From Magnetococcales bacterium (GTDB lineage Bacteria > Pseudomonadota > Magnetococcia > Magnetococcales > UBA8363), in NCBI GenBank assembly GCA_015228925.1, contig JADGCQ010000005.1:3394-67393 (forward strand): 64,000 bases of DNA. The letters run 5' to 3'. The notes under the pieces were generated by a model. That model worked only from the letters and a program-made list of their open reading frames with translations. It was not told the origin of the DNA and did not search any database. Positions 51,036 through 60,447 of the stretch are shown in pieces. Both the position numbers and the translations under genes were made by a program. Numbering within the stretch: position 1 is the first letter of the stretch; each line of letters starts with the position of its first letter.

Positions 51036-53023
51036 TGTTATCCATGGAAAAGGGTCGCATACTGATTGTTGATGATATTCGCATCAATGTAAAATTTTTG
51101 GTTCAATCTCTCAAACCTGATTATGAACTATTTGTCGCCGATAATGGCCTGCGTGCTTTGGAACTGGCCGCCTTGGAACGACCTGACTTGGTGCTGTTGG
51201 ACATCATGATGCCAGGGATGGATGGTTATGAGGTTTGTCGGCGTTTGCAAGCCGACGAAAAAACGCAAAATATCGGTATCCTATTCATGACCGCCAAAGA
51301 TGGCGACCATGACGAAGCGAAATGTTTTGAAGCCGGGGCGGTGGATGTGATCACCAAGCCCTATCACAACGCCGTGGTTCGGGCTAAGGTTAAAAATCAC
51401 ATCGAGTTGAAACGATACCGTGATTTTACTGTCCTGGAACAAAAAAAATATACGGAAAAATCCAAAAAATTTAAACAAGCGTCAGAGATTGCAACATCCT
51501 TGGAAGGGGTGGAATTTCCCGATATACCTGGGATAGCCTTCCGGGATGGTTTGCAACAATGGGGTGATCTTGAAGTCTATAAGATGGCCATCGCCGATTT
51601 TATCCATGACCATGCCGCTGATGGTACGGCCATTCGTTTGGCGATCCTTGCGGGTCATCGTGATAAAACTGTAGCGATGACTCATGCGTTAAAAGGGGGG
51701 GCGGGTACGATACGGGCTTTGGAACTGGCAAAGGCCGCTGCCACATTGGAACGTGCCCTCCTGAACAACGAAACCATCCCGGAATCGCTCCTTCAGGCAT
51801 TGGATACCTCCTTGCTGATGCTTGCGCATGGGGAAAAACTTCTCAGAGTCGAAAAAAATCAAACCCATCAACAACGTCAACTCCCCCCCCCGACGGAACA
51901 TCGTTCTGCACAATATAAATTACTTGTAGTCGATGATGAATCGGTCAATCTCAAACTACTCCGGGAAATATTGCATGACGAATACGAACTAATCTTTGCG
52001 AAAAGTGGCCAGGAGATGTTGCAACATGTTTTGGATGGTCCCGATCTCATTCTTTTGGACATCATGATGCCGGGCATGGATGGTTATGAATGTTGCATTC
52101 AGCTAAAGGCCAACCCGGAAACCCGTGACATTCCTGTGATTTTCATCAGCTCCATGACGGATGTAATGGAAGAGGTCAGAGGTTTTGCATCGGGGGCGAT
52201 CGATTATATTAGCAAACCTGTCAAGGCAGCCGTTGTTCGGGCACGCATTAAAACGCACCTGACGTTGAAAGAATCGCTGAAAACCATCGTGCATCAAAAC
52301 TTGGAGATTAAGAAAAAAAATGAAGAACTTCTGGAAGCCAACCGCATTCGGGAAGATATCGACCAGATTGTCCGCCACGATTTAAAAGGACCATTAAATT
52401 TTATCATTGGCGCACCAAGTTTGCTGATCGAAGATTTACATCCGGGATCCGATCAACTGAAACTGTTTCGTGAAATTGAGGCATCGGGTTTTCGTATGTT
52501 GGCCATGATCAATCGTTCCCATGATCTTTACAAGATGGAGCGCGGTTTATATAAACTGAACCCGATCCCCGTTGACATGATTGCAGTCATCAATCGGGTA
52601 ACCAACGAATTACAGAGTATTTTGGCGCAAAAAGGGCTGACCCTGACGATTTCCATAGATAACCGAAGGATCCAGGGTGACGAAACATTTTTTATATTGG
52701 GGGAAGAGCTTTTATGTCACGCCATGTTCTCCAATATCATCAAAAATGCCATGGAAGCCTCACCCGAGAAGGAATCGGTGGAAATTTTTCTACGCCGATC
52801 CGATCAAGCGCACATCGGTATTACCAATAAAGGGGAAATCCCACCGGAAATTCGGGAGACTTTCTTTCATAAATATGTCACAGCGGGCAAAAGTCATGGT
52901 ACGGGACTTGGAACCTACTCAGCCCAGTTGAGTGCCAAAACGATGGCTGGGGATATCCGGGTGGATTTCAGTCAAGAGGGAAAAACCACCATTGCGATTT
53001 GCCTACCTCTTAAAAAAGGATAA
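51035..53023 (+). CDS. REC, HPt-like, REC, histidine-kinase fusion protein
   Basis: Two receiver domains (DLVLLDIMMPGMDG and DLILLDIMMPGMDG). HPt-like MTHALKGGAGTIRA. C-terminal kinase core (IVRHDLKGPLN ... GTGLGTYSAQL). The start overlaps the upstream stop (TAATG). Confidence 0.8.
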   Translation: MLSMEKGRILIVDDIRINVKFLVQSLKPDYELFVADNGLRALELAALERPDLVLLDIMMPGMDGYEVCRRLQADEKTQNIGILFMTAKDGDHDEAKCFEAGAVDVITKPYHNAVVRAKVKNHIELKRYRDFTVLEQKKYTEKSKKFKQASEIATSLEGVEFPDIPGIAFRDGLQQWGDLEVYKMAIADFIHDHAADGTAIRLAILAGHRDKTVAMTHALKGGAGTIRALELAKAAATLERALLNNETIPESLLQALDTSLLMLAHGEKLLRVEKNQTHQQRQLPPPTEHRSAQYKLLVVDDESVNLKLLREILHDEYELIFAKSGQEMLQHVLDGPDLILLDIMMPGMDGYECCIQLKANPETRDIPVIFISSMTDVMEEVRGFASGAIDYISKPVKAAVVRARIKTHLTLKESLKTIVHQNLEIKKKNEELLEANRIREDIDQIVRHDLKGPLNFIIGAPSLLIEDLHPGSDQLKLFREIEASGFRMLAMINRSHDLYKMERGLYKLNPIPVDMIAVINRVTNELQSILAQKGLTLTISIDNRRIQGDETFFILGEELLCHAMFSNIIKNAMEASPEKESVEIFLRRSDQAHIGITNKGEIPPEIRETFFHKYVTAGKSHGTGLGTYSAQLSAKTMAGDIRVDFSQEGKTTIAICLPLKKG

Positions 53024-53030
53024 AACAAGA

Positions 53031-53388
53031 AAGGATCAATTTGGATTAAAGGGGGCTTGTCCAACCAAAGAATACGTTCAGATCGCCCCCACCTTAAAAC
53101 TTTTGAAAGAAAAGAAGGGGTCTCTAGGAATTCTTTCCCCAGGGTTCTGATTTTAAAAAAAAAGATCCATTCTTCGCTTTTGAATTTGCTTTTGAATTTA
53201 AACAAGAAGGTTTCCAGCTTTAAGCTTTTGATTTAAAGTCAAAAACAAATTCAAAAGCAGAAAATTGAAGCTTTTGATTTAAAGTCAAAACCCTGGGGGC
53301 AATCCCCCAGACCCCTTTTTTCTTTTAATAATTTTCTAGGGGGGTGAAAGGTTACGCATCAAGCCCCCTTCAATCCAAATTGATCCTT
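53031..53388. repeat. MITE-like element copy B: composite palindromic element bounded by 29-bp inverted repeats (28/29 match)
   Basis: aaggatcaatttggattaaagggggcttg (53031-53059) pairs with caagcccccttcaatccaaattgatcctt (53360-53388). The interior carries the copy-A core in both orientations, and agcttttgatttaaagtcaaaa occurs twice. Confidence 0.65.
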
Positions 53389-53512
53389 ATTTAAAATATC
53401 TGGGAACCATCTACCTTCCAAGAAGTCTTAACAGCACCGCAATCGGCGGGTGCTTGATACACGACGTATTGTCGTGAACCTTTGGCCGTGTGGACTTTTT
53501 GGAGACCGATGA

Positions 53513-53845
53513 ATGGAAGAAAATATATTCGCAGTCCGATTACGTTCCGCACGGGAAAGAATGGGACTCACACAAAGTAGACTGGGTATTCTCATCGGTC
53601 TGACGACATCGGCAGCCTCTCCACGCATCAACAGATATGAGCGAGAATCAAGGCGGCCCAGCATCGCGACGGTTGCCCGTTTGTCCAAAGTGCTGGAAGT
53701 CTCACCATCCTATTTCTATGAACCCGACAACTTGATTGCCGAGGTGATTTTGCGTCTAAGTCATATGACCAGAAGCGAAATTGAGACCATTCTATCCAAG
53801 ATTCCCCTTTCCCACCCATTGGACCAGCACAACCACTCTCCATGA
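53513..53845 (+). CDS. XRE-family helix-turn-helix transcriptional regulator
   Basis: LRSARERMGLTQSRLGILIGLTTSAASPRINRYERESRRPSIATVARLSKVLEV is a classic Cro/C1 HTH pattern. Confidence 0.75.
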   Translation: MEENIFAVRLRSARERMGLTQSRLGILIGLTTSAASPRINRYERESRRPSIATVARLSKVLEVSPSYFYEPDNLIAEVILRLSHMTRSEIETILSKIPLSHPLDQHNHSP

Positions 53846-53953
53846 CGGAGATAACGCAATCGGTGTTCCCCAAATATCGTGTCACTCCCCAACAAACCCA
53901 ATGCCTCCGCAAGGGAGGCACTGGGGAACAGATGGGTCAAACAAAACAAGGTG

Positions 53954-54781
53954 TCAGTGAACAGCCGCCCAAATACGACGCTTGACGGCGTAAAGAAGGA
54001 CGGTCAGGATAAAGAGATAACCCAATACCCAGAAACCCAAAGATTTTCTCTCGGCGACCGTAGGCTCAGCCGCCCACGACAGAAAGGTTACCACATCGTG
54101 GGAGAGCTGCTTGAGGGAGTTCTCCGTTCCATCGGTATAGCTGACCTGGCCATTGTTCAATGGCTGCGGCATAGCCAAGAAATTGCCGGGGAAATACTTG
54201 TTAAAACTGGCACCACCAATCAATCTCTCCAATGTCGCCTTGACATGATCTTTATCATGAGTATTTATCAAAAGGGCAGACTGGAGTTCAAGGGCTTCCT
54301 GATCGGAAACGCTACCATCGGCCATAACCTTATTGACCAGTTCCCTTTCCGCATCACTCAAATAGCCATTCAGGATAGCATAGGTGTAATCTTCATACCC
54401 CTTTCGCGCCTTGGTAATCAAGGAGAGGTCTGGGGGAACGACGCCGAACGCATCCTTGGCACTGGTCTCGTCCAAAGCCCCGTTCATACGATCCGTCTTA
54501 GTACGCCCCTGAACCTCGGCAAGACTTTTGACCTCCGCCTCGGTAAAACCCAACTGGCGCAGTTGATCAAACTTGACCAAGCTGATGGAATGGCAGGCCA
54601 TACACACCTCGACCGCCACCTGGGCACCGCGCTTGGCTGCGGCTTTGTCCAAAGATCCGAAAATTCCATCCTGGGACCACTTTTGCGCCGGAGGGATCGG
54701 TGTCCCCGACGAAGCATGGAGGACGGCGGGTACCATGCCTACCGCAAAACACACGGCCATAATTGTTTTGATGAGTCTCAT
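53954..54781 (-). CDS. petC: Cytochrome c1 of the bc1 complex
   Basis: Signal peptide, haem motif CMACHS and a C-terminal TM anchor. It is the third gene after Rieske and cytochrome b. Start chosen at MRLIKT with a ggag SD. Confidence 0.85.
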   Translation of the reverse strand: MRLIKTIMAVCFAVGMVPAVLHASSGTPIPPAQKWSQDGIFGSLDKAAAKRGAQVAVEVCMACHSISLVKFDQLRQLGFTEAEVKSLAEVQGRTKTDRMNGALDETSAKDAFGVVPPDLSLITKARKGYEDYTYAILNGYLSDAERELVNKVMADGSVSDQEALELQSALLINTHDKDHVKATLERLIGGASFNKYFPGNFLAMPQPLNNGQVSYTDGTENSLKQLSHDVVTFLSWAAEPTVAERKSLGFWVLGYLFILTVLLYAVKRRIWAAVH

Positions 54782-54798
54782 GATCCTAACACCTCTCC

Positions 54799-56010
54799 TC
54801 ACAGGCTTTTGGGCACAGGCCGGGGTTTTTCGATGTTCAACGCGGTGATGAGCCACAGAAGTACAAAATAGCCGAAATAGATGGCAGTACAGGTCCGTCC
54901 AATCAGGATCAGCGGAATGGCACCATGAAAGAGGCTTGCATCCGGCGGATTATACCCAACCCAACCCAGGATAATGGCATTGACAACAAACAGCCAGAAC
55001 AACTGCTTGCTCAAGGGGCGGTAACGGAACGAACGCACGGGTGACCGATCAAGGAATGGGAGTATGAACAAAATGGCGATGGAAGCCACCATGGCGATGA
55101 CGCCAGCCAGTTTGCTGAATGCCCCAAGAAAATCGATGGAACGCAAAATGGCATAGAAAGGGAGGAAATACCACTCCGGGACGATATGCGCCGGAGTTTT
55201 CATGGGGTCGGCGGGGATATAGTTGTCGGCCTCCAAGAAGGCATTGGGGGCAAAAAAGACAAAGTAACAATAGATGATCAAAAACACCCCCATGCCATAG
55301 AGATCTTTGATGGTAAAATAGGGGTGGAACGGAAGGGTATCCTTACCTTCATGAACATCGATGCCCACGGGATTGTTGGAATGGACGGCGTGGAGTGCCC
55401 AAAGGTGAACCACAACCACCCCAACAACCAGAAGTGGCAGGAGAAAATGGAGTACAAAAAACCGATTGAGCGTCGGGTCAGCGACCGAAAAACCACCCCA
55501 GATCCAGACTACCAAATCTTCCCCAACCACCGGGATGGCACTCATCAGATTGGTGATCACTGCCGCCCCCCAGTAAGACATCTGGCCCCAGGGGAGGACG
55601 TAGCCCATGAAGGCGGTCCCCATAAGCATGAAGAAAATGACGATCCCGATCCACCAGAGGATTTCCCTTGGTGCGCGGTAGGAGCCATAATACATCCCCC
55701 GCAGGATGTGAATATAGACGGCAATAAAGAAGAACGTAGCACCGTTGGCGTGCATGTAGCGCAACAGCCAGCCATAGTTCACATCACGCATGATGTGTTC
55801 TACAGAGTTAAAGGCCAACAAGGCATCGGGTTTGTAGTGCATGGCCAAAAACAGGCCAGTGGCGATCATGATGATGAGAACCATCAGTGCCAAAGATCCG
55901 AAATTCCACCAATAATTAAGGTTTTTGGGGGTCGGGTACTCGGTTGCCTGACTTTTGATTAGCTCAGTTACGGGTAGACGGGCGTCTATCCATTCCATGA
56001 TTTTTGACAC
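54799..56010 (-). CDS. petB: Cytochrome b
   Basis: [23 protein letters not shown] and [14 protein letters not shown] motifs. Confidence 0.95.
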   Translation of the reverse strand: MSKIMEWIDARLPVTELIKSQATEYPTPKNLNYWWNFGSLALMVLIIMIATGLFLAMHYKPDALLAFNSVEHIMRDVNYGWLLRYMHANGATFFFIAVYIHILRGMYYGSYRAPREILWWIGIVIFFMLMGTAFMGYVLPWGQMSYWGAAVITNLMSAIPVVGEDLVVWIWGGFSVADPTLNRFFVLHFLLPLLVVGVVVVHLWALHAVHSNNPVGIDVHEGKDTLPFHPYFTIKDLYGMGVFLIIYCYFVFFAPNAFLEADNYIPADPMKTPAHIVPEWYFLPFYAILRSIDFLGAFSKLAGVIAMVASIAILFILPFLDRSPVRSFRYRPLSKQLFWLFVVNAIILGWVGYNPPDASLFHGAIPLILIGRTCTAIYFGYFVLLWLITALNIEKPRPVPKSL

Positions 56011-56062
56011 GTCGAAAACTCCTATCTATTTGGCAGAAGCCAAGTGCCGCCATGATTGACAA

Positions 56063-56590
56063 TCAGCCCAATGCCTTGCCAATGACCAAGGTGGTTGGAT
56101 TCTTGAAATCATAATAGGGGACTTCAAGATTTCTCGGTGCCGGTCCCTGGCGAATTCGTCCCGAAGTGTCATAATGGGAGCCATGGCACGGACAGAGAAA
56201 ACCACCGTAGCTACCGGTCCCGATAGGCTGGGGGACGCACCCCAAATGGGTACATATCGCCAGCAACACGAGAAGTTCGGGTCGTTTAACCCGATCAGCG
56301 TCTTTGGCTGGATCGGGGAGGGATTCGCCATCACCTTTCAAGGCCATGGCGATCATCTCCGGGGTCCGGTGCAGGATAAACACAGGCTTGCCCTGCCAAG
56401 GCACGGTGATCATCTGCCCCTTCTGGAGGGTGCTGATATCAACTTCCGTGGTGGCCTGGGCCAGAACGTCAGCCGACGGACTCCATGAGCGGATGAACGG
56501 CCATGCCGCAGCGGCAACACCCGCCACTCCGAAGGCACTGGTGGTCAGGATGAGGAAATCCCGTCGATTTTCTTCTACCTCGATAGCCAT
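56063..56590 (-). CDS. petA: Ubiquinol-cytochrome c reductase Rieske iron-sulfur subunit
   Basis: Tat motif RRDFL. 2Fe-2S ligand boxes CTHLGC and CPCHGS. Start chosen at MAIEVEE. Confidence 0.9.
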   Translation of the reverse strand: MAIEVEENRRDFLILTTSAFGVAGVAAAAWPFIRSWSPSADVLAQATTEVDISTLQKGQMITVPWQGKPVFILHRTPEMIAMALKGDGESLPDPAKDADRVKRPELLVLLAICTHLGCVPQPIGTGSYGGFLCPCHGSHYDTSGRIRQGPAPRNLEVPYYDFKNPTTLVIGKALG

Positions 56591-56756
56591 GGACAATTTT
56601 GACCTCCAAGGGGTATTCGTGAAAACAGTTACCGTTTTGTGGTCCAGCGAGAACCCACAGAACGATTCCAGACCATGCAATTCTCATCAGAGTGCGCCAT
56701 GTTCCAGTCTGGCGCAGTATTTGTCAAGCCACCACTAAGAAAAAAAGGTTGGTAAA

Positions 56757-57287
56757 ATGCATTTTCTTGATTCAATCGAAGCCGAAACGGTAAAGCAACC
56801 CAAGGGACTGTTTCACATCGTCCTCTACCAACCGGAAATCCCCCCCAACACCGGAACCATCATCCGTCTCTGTGCCGCTGCCGCCTGTCCGTTGCATCTG
56901 ATTGGCCCTTTGGGATTTCGGCTGGATGCTTCCGGGTTACGGCGGGCGGGGATGGATTATCGCGACATGGCACAAACCTGCCGCTGGCGGGATTGGGACC
57001 ACTATCTGGAGGCTTATCCAGCGGCGGAAAGGCGCATTGTCGTCTCCACCAAAGGAAATGTATCGTATGATCAATGGTCCTATCGTGCGGGAGATCACCT
57101 GCTGTTTGGTTCCGAGGGGGGGGGATTACCAGCCGACATCATGCACCAGCACCGCGCAAACCTAGTCCGTATCCCCATGGCTCAGGGATGCCGCAGTCTC
57201 AATCTGGCTATAAGTACCGGCATTGTTCTCTACGAGGCGTTGCGTCAAAATCGGTTCGTAGGGCTGGTAAAGGACACATTGCGTTGA
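56757..57287 (+). CDS. trmL: tRNA (cytidine/uridine-34 2'-O)-methyltransferase TrmL (SpoU family)
   Basis: IVLYQPEIPPNTGTIIRLCAA...LRRAGMDY...SLNLAISTGIVLYEALRQ is collinear with E. coli TrmL. Confidence 0.85.
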   Translation: MHFLDSIEAETVKQPKGLFHIVLYQPEIPPNTGTIIRLCAAAACPLHLIGPLGFRLDASGLRRAGMDYRDMAQTCRWRDWDHYLEAYPAAERRIVVSTKGNVSYDQWSYRAGDHLLFGSEGGGLPADIMHQHRANLVRIPMAQGCRSLNLAISTGIVLYEALRQNRFVGLVKDTLR

Positions 57288-57289
57288 GG

Positions 57290-57856
57290 TCACGCCGCCA
57301 AGTTGGTGCTGGTGGATTGCACGTTGTTGGCTGTGAGAGGGGCTAGGTTGTGGCGTTCGATATCAAACAGGATGGTCGAAAAGAGAAACAGGTCAAAAGG
57401 TGGACGAGGACCGCCTGTTGGCAGGCTGGGGAGGCAATGGCGTTGGATATGACATTGGCGTAAGGCACGAAAAATGTGAAATTCATAGCCCCAACCATCT
57501 TCCTGGGACGGAGGATAGGAAAACCCGAAGTTTTCAAGGATTTCCAAGCGGGTTGCGTCGATGGAATTTGGATTTTTCTTAACGATAACACGGAGAAAGG
57601 CAATAAGGGTATTGATGGCACATTGGAACGCAAGAATTTCGTTGGAGAAAAAAGCATATTTTGACCATTCGTCTCCAGTTATCGATTGCACACGTTGGAA
57701 AACACCCTTGTGGAGAAAGGCCCCGGCGACGCAGGCTCCTAATTTGTGCCGATCCAGATATTTGGGATGCAGGGAATCGTCACCAGTGGCGGCGGCGATT
57801 TTTTGCATTTGGGTTTGCATGTGAGAGCGCAAATGCACAAAGGTGTTTGCCACCAT
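57290..57856 (-). CDS. Hypothetical protein (188 aa). The same frame continues upstream through one TAA to an ATG at 58000
   Basis: ORF from the track. Hand translation of 57857-58000 gives MTKTALVANVTDPKEWFHNYWD*SFSHEVQLVLARGSGEIALVDNARD in frame. Confidence 0.4.
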   Translation of the reverse strand: MVANTFVHLRSHMQTQMQKIAAATGDDSLHPKYLDRHKLGACVAGAFLHKGVFQRVQSITGDEWSKYAFFSNEILAFQCAINTLIAFLRVIVKKNPNSIDATRLEILENFGFSYPPSQEDGWGYEFHIFRALRQCHIQRHCLPSLPTGGPRPPFDLFLFSTILFDIERHNLAPLTANNVQSTSTNLAA

Positions 57857-58233
57857 GTCCCGTGCATTATCAACAAGGGCAATCTCGCCGGAACCCCTGG
57901 CAAGAACGAGCTGAACCTCATGGGAAAAACTTTAATCCCAATAGTTATGGAACCACTCTTTAGGATCGGTCACATTGGCGACTAATGCCGTCTTGGTCAT
58001 GCGATGACACCTTTGCGTTGCTATGGTGGGGATCCGATAAAAGCGCGGGAGGCTAAACCAAAACAACCCTGCTGTCAACCATCAGAGTACGAACGTAAGC
58101 GAGGCTGCGACGGAAATCTCGATAAGAGGAAAAACGCCAGAGCCGCAACGGAGCGGCTCCTGGGTTCGTGCGATGAACGGCTAGCAAGAGAACAACGGGA
58201 CCAACGATCTGCTACCGATCAAACGTGCAGTGA

Positions 58234-58455
58234 TCAGGCGGGGGGACGGATTTTGGCTCGCGCTGGAGGAACCTCATACATGTCCACCTCCGTATTATCG
58301 AAGGGGAGTACCTTTTCATAAAATTCCTTTTCCGTGACTTTCTCATCCCACATCGGTGAAGAGGCTACCTTATGCGACCACTCTGGATTAGACCTGGGAT
58401 TAGACTTGGCACTAGGAAGTGCCACGGGGTTGGATTCTGAGTGATTGTGATTCAT
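58234..58455 (-). CDS. Small hypothetical protein (73 aa; His/Ser/Pro-rich N-terminus, acidic C-terminus)
   Basis: A strong SD (gggaggagg) lies immediately upstream of the ATG. No domain was recognised. Confidence 0.5.
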   Translation of the reverse strand: MNHNHSESNPVALPSAKSNPRSNPEWSHKVASSPMWDEKVTEKEFYEKVLPFDNTEVDMYEVPPARAKIRPPA

Positions 58456-58970
58456 AACCTCCTCCCTTTGTGATGTGAACCTTATTGCCCCACGTCCCGT
58501 GATACGTCGGCAAAATGTTCCTTATTGTCTCACCCTTGACGCCGCCGTCACAGACCGTTGCGTGACGCATGGCACCACCTGACTGTTGCATCAATATATT
58601 GATCTAACTAACAAAAAACACAAACCCCTGAATGATACCGCCTTTAGAACTCAACGATAAAGGTACCATATGTGCCTCATTGTGCAAGGATCAAACCAGC
58701 GTCCCAAAAATTGGCCAAAGCTTTTCCGAACGTGCCGTGGCATCTGTGAGTGAGACCACAACAAACTCACCCAACATCCATGCTACTCTCATTGAACCGC
58801 AAAATCGATGGGTAAGTGTGTGTTTGTTCATTTCGATAAAATATATGAAAATTATCTTTTAAAATAGCCTATTAGTAGTGTATATAGAATAATTTATGAA
58901 CATTGGTGCCTAAATTGAGGTACTCTGACTGGCTTAAGGTTTGATAGTATTTCTAACTGGAGAGGTTCAT

Positions 58971-59885
58971 ATGATTGGCAATTCTCAAGGCTCGGTTTCC
59001 TACAGACTGAGGTTGTTCCTTGCGGTTGACCTTCAAAACTCAACGGCATTGAAATTCCGGTTCTTCTGCGAAGGGATGTCCTATTGGCGATCATTTCTCG
59101 CAGGCTTCTATCGAGAGTTTGCGACCGTTTTTCTCGAATCTTTGGATGGTATCGGAAAAAAGCCTGGGGTGGGTTCATTGGTCCCGGTTCAGATATGGAA
59201 AAGCAGTGGTGATGAGGTGGTCATGGTGGTTGATCTCAGGCATCGAAGACATCTGAAATATTATCTCAAGGCGTTTCGCGATGGTGTACGGCGTTATAAC
59301 GCGACACTGGCTGAAAAAGACCCAGAGATTTTTCGAGTGGGTGGTGAGACATTGCGGATGCGGTTGAAACCCAGGGCATGGTTGGCCGATTTTCCCATCA
59401 ACAATATGGAATTCTCCACACCGCATGGTACGTTGGAACGCAGTGATGACAATAAAATGCCGTGGAGTTTGGAAATTCCCGATTATTTTGGACCTGCAAT
59501 GGATGTGGGATTTCGTCTGGGATCCCTGGCCACGAGCCGCAAGTTTGTATTGTCGGTGGAGACGGTGTGGGCCTTGGTGGGAGAAGAGGATGAGACAATC
59601 AAAGATTTTCGTCTTTTCATGGAAGGGCGTGTCCCCTTGAAGGGGGTCCGTGGTGGTGAATCCTACCCGGTTTTTTGGCTTGATCTGGAAAAAGAGATAC
59701 CGGATGAAGATGCCTGGACGGGGTTGCGTCCTTTTGCGTCGAATACGGATTATGAAAAAATAGAGAAATTGTGTCGCGGTTTTATTGGGATGGACAAAAA
59801 TCCATTGCTCAGGCCAATATTTATCGATGATGAAAAATTGCCTCCTGCATTTTCTGATACCATGTATCGTATACAGGAGGTGTAG
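58971..59885 (+). CDS. Stand-alone divergent class III nucleotidyl-cyclase-homology (palm) domain protein with an unknown C-terminal region of about 100 aa
   Basis: ATG 58971 follows a ggagagg SD. LRLFLAVDLQNSTALKF resembles vLFaDIvGFTal. IWKSSGDEVVMVV resembles KtiGDavMavF. DYFGPAMDVGFRLGSLA resembles dyfGdtVNlAaRleS.A. Confidence 0.55.
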   Translation: MIGNSQGSVSYRLRLFLAVDLQNSTALKFRFFCEGMSYWRSFLAGFYREFATVFLESLDGIGKKPGVGSLVPVQIWKSSGDEVVMVVDLRHRRHLKYYLKAFRDGVRRYNATLAEKDPEIFRVGGETLRMRLKPRAWLADFPINNMEFSTPHGTLERSDDNKMPWSLEIPDYFGPAMDVGFRLGSLATSRKFVLSVETVWALVGEEDETIKDFRLFMEGRVPLKGVRGGESYPVFWLDLEKEIPDEDAWTGLRPFASNTDYEKIEKLCRGFIGMDKNPLLRPIFIDDEKLPPAFSDTMYRIQEV

Positions 59886-59904
59886 TATCCGAGACCGCAT
59901 TCCT

Positions 59905-60447
59905 TTAGGAAATGGTACTGACTTCGGGCAGACGACTTCCAAGCCGACAGGGTGTACAAACAACGATGCATTCGCTGTCAAACAAAGCCATTTTTCCGCG
60001 CAAGACATCCCGGAACCGTGTTCTTAACGTCGCAAAATGTTGCCGTTTGAACCAGTCTGGAACATCCAACACGATCACGATGCAGATCGGACAAATGGGT
60101 GTGTGGAATTCCTCCGGCAGATCGGCACGGAATTTTGTTCCTTTATCGGTTGGGAGCCAACAGGCCGAAAACATGAGCAGAGAGTCCCATACCTTGGGGG
60201 CCGTTTTATCAACCAGATACTCTACGAACTGCTCAGCAGTGACGTTTTTCTCTTTGGCCTGTTCCCTCTCATCCGAATAAGCTTTGGCCTCCAGCATGAA
60301 TAACTTGCCGTCACGCAACCAACAAAAATCCATCTCTTTGACATGCTGACCTGAAATTTTCTTATAGGCAGCCAAATTCTGAAAACGGAAATGGGGTATG
60401 CCGGTCAAATCGACCCGAACGTTCGATTCCTCATAAATGGCCACCAC
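59905..60447 (-). CDS. Putative PD-(D/E)xK-fold nuclease (180 aa)
   Basis: E6/E7 ... D40 ... E53-A-K55 (KEMDFCWLRDGKLFMLEAKAY) has the spacing typical of restriction-endonuclease-like cores. Its start abuts the ATPase stop. Confidence 0.45.
   Translation of the reverse strand: MVAIYEESNVRVDLTGIPHFRFQNLAAYKKISGQHVKEMDFCWLRDGKLFMLEAKAYSDEREQAKEKNVTAEQFVEYLVDKTAPKVWDSLLMFSACWLPTDKGTKFRADLPEEFHTPICPICIVIVLDVPDWFKRQHFATLRTRFRDVLRGKMALFDSECIVVCTPCRLGSRLPEVSTIS

Noticed and set aside
58004-58233. The 230-bp non-coding gap inside the candidate islet, examined for a tRNA, a retron-type msr/msd or another structured RNA
   Set aside because: No cloverleaf or T-loop consensus was found, no reverse transcriptase gene is nearby, and no convincing long inverted repeat was seen by eye. 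It is left unassigned
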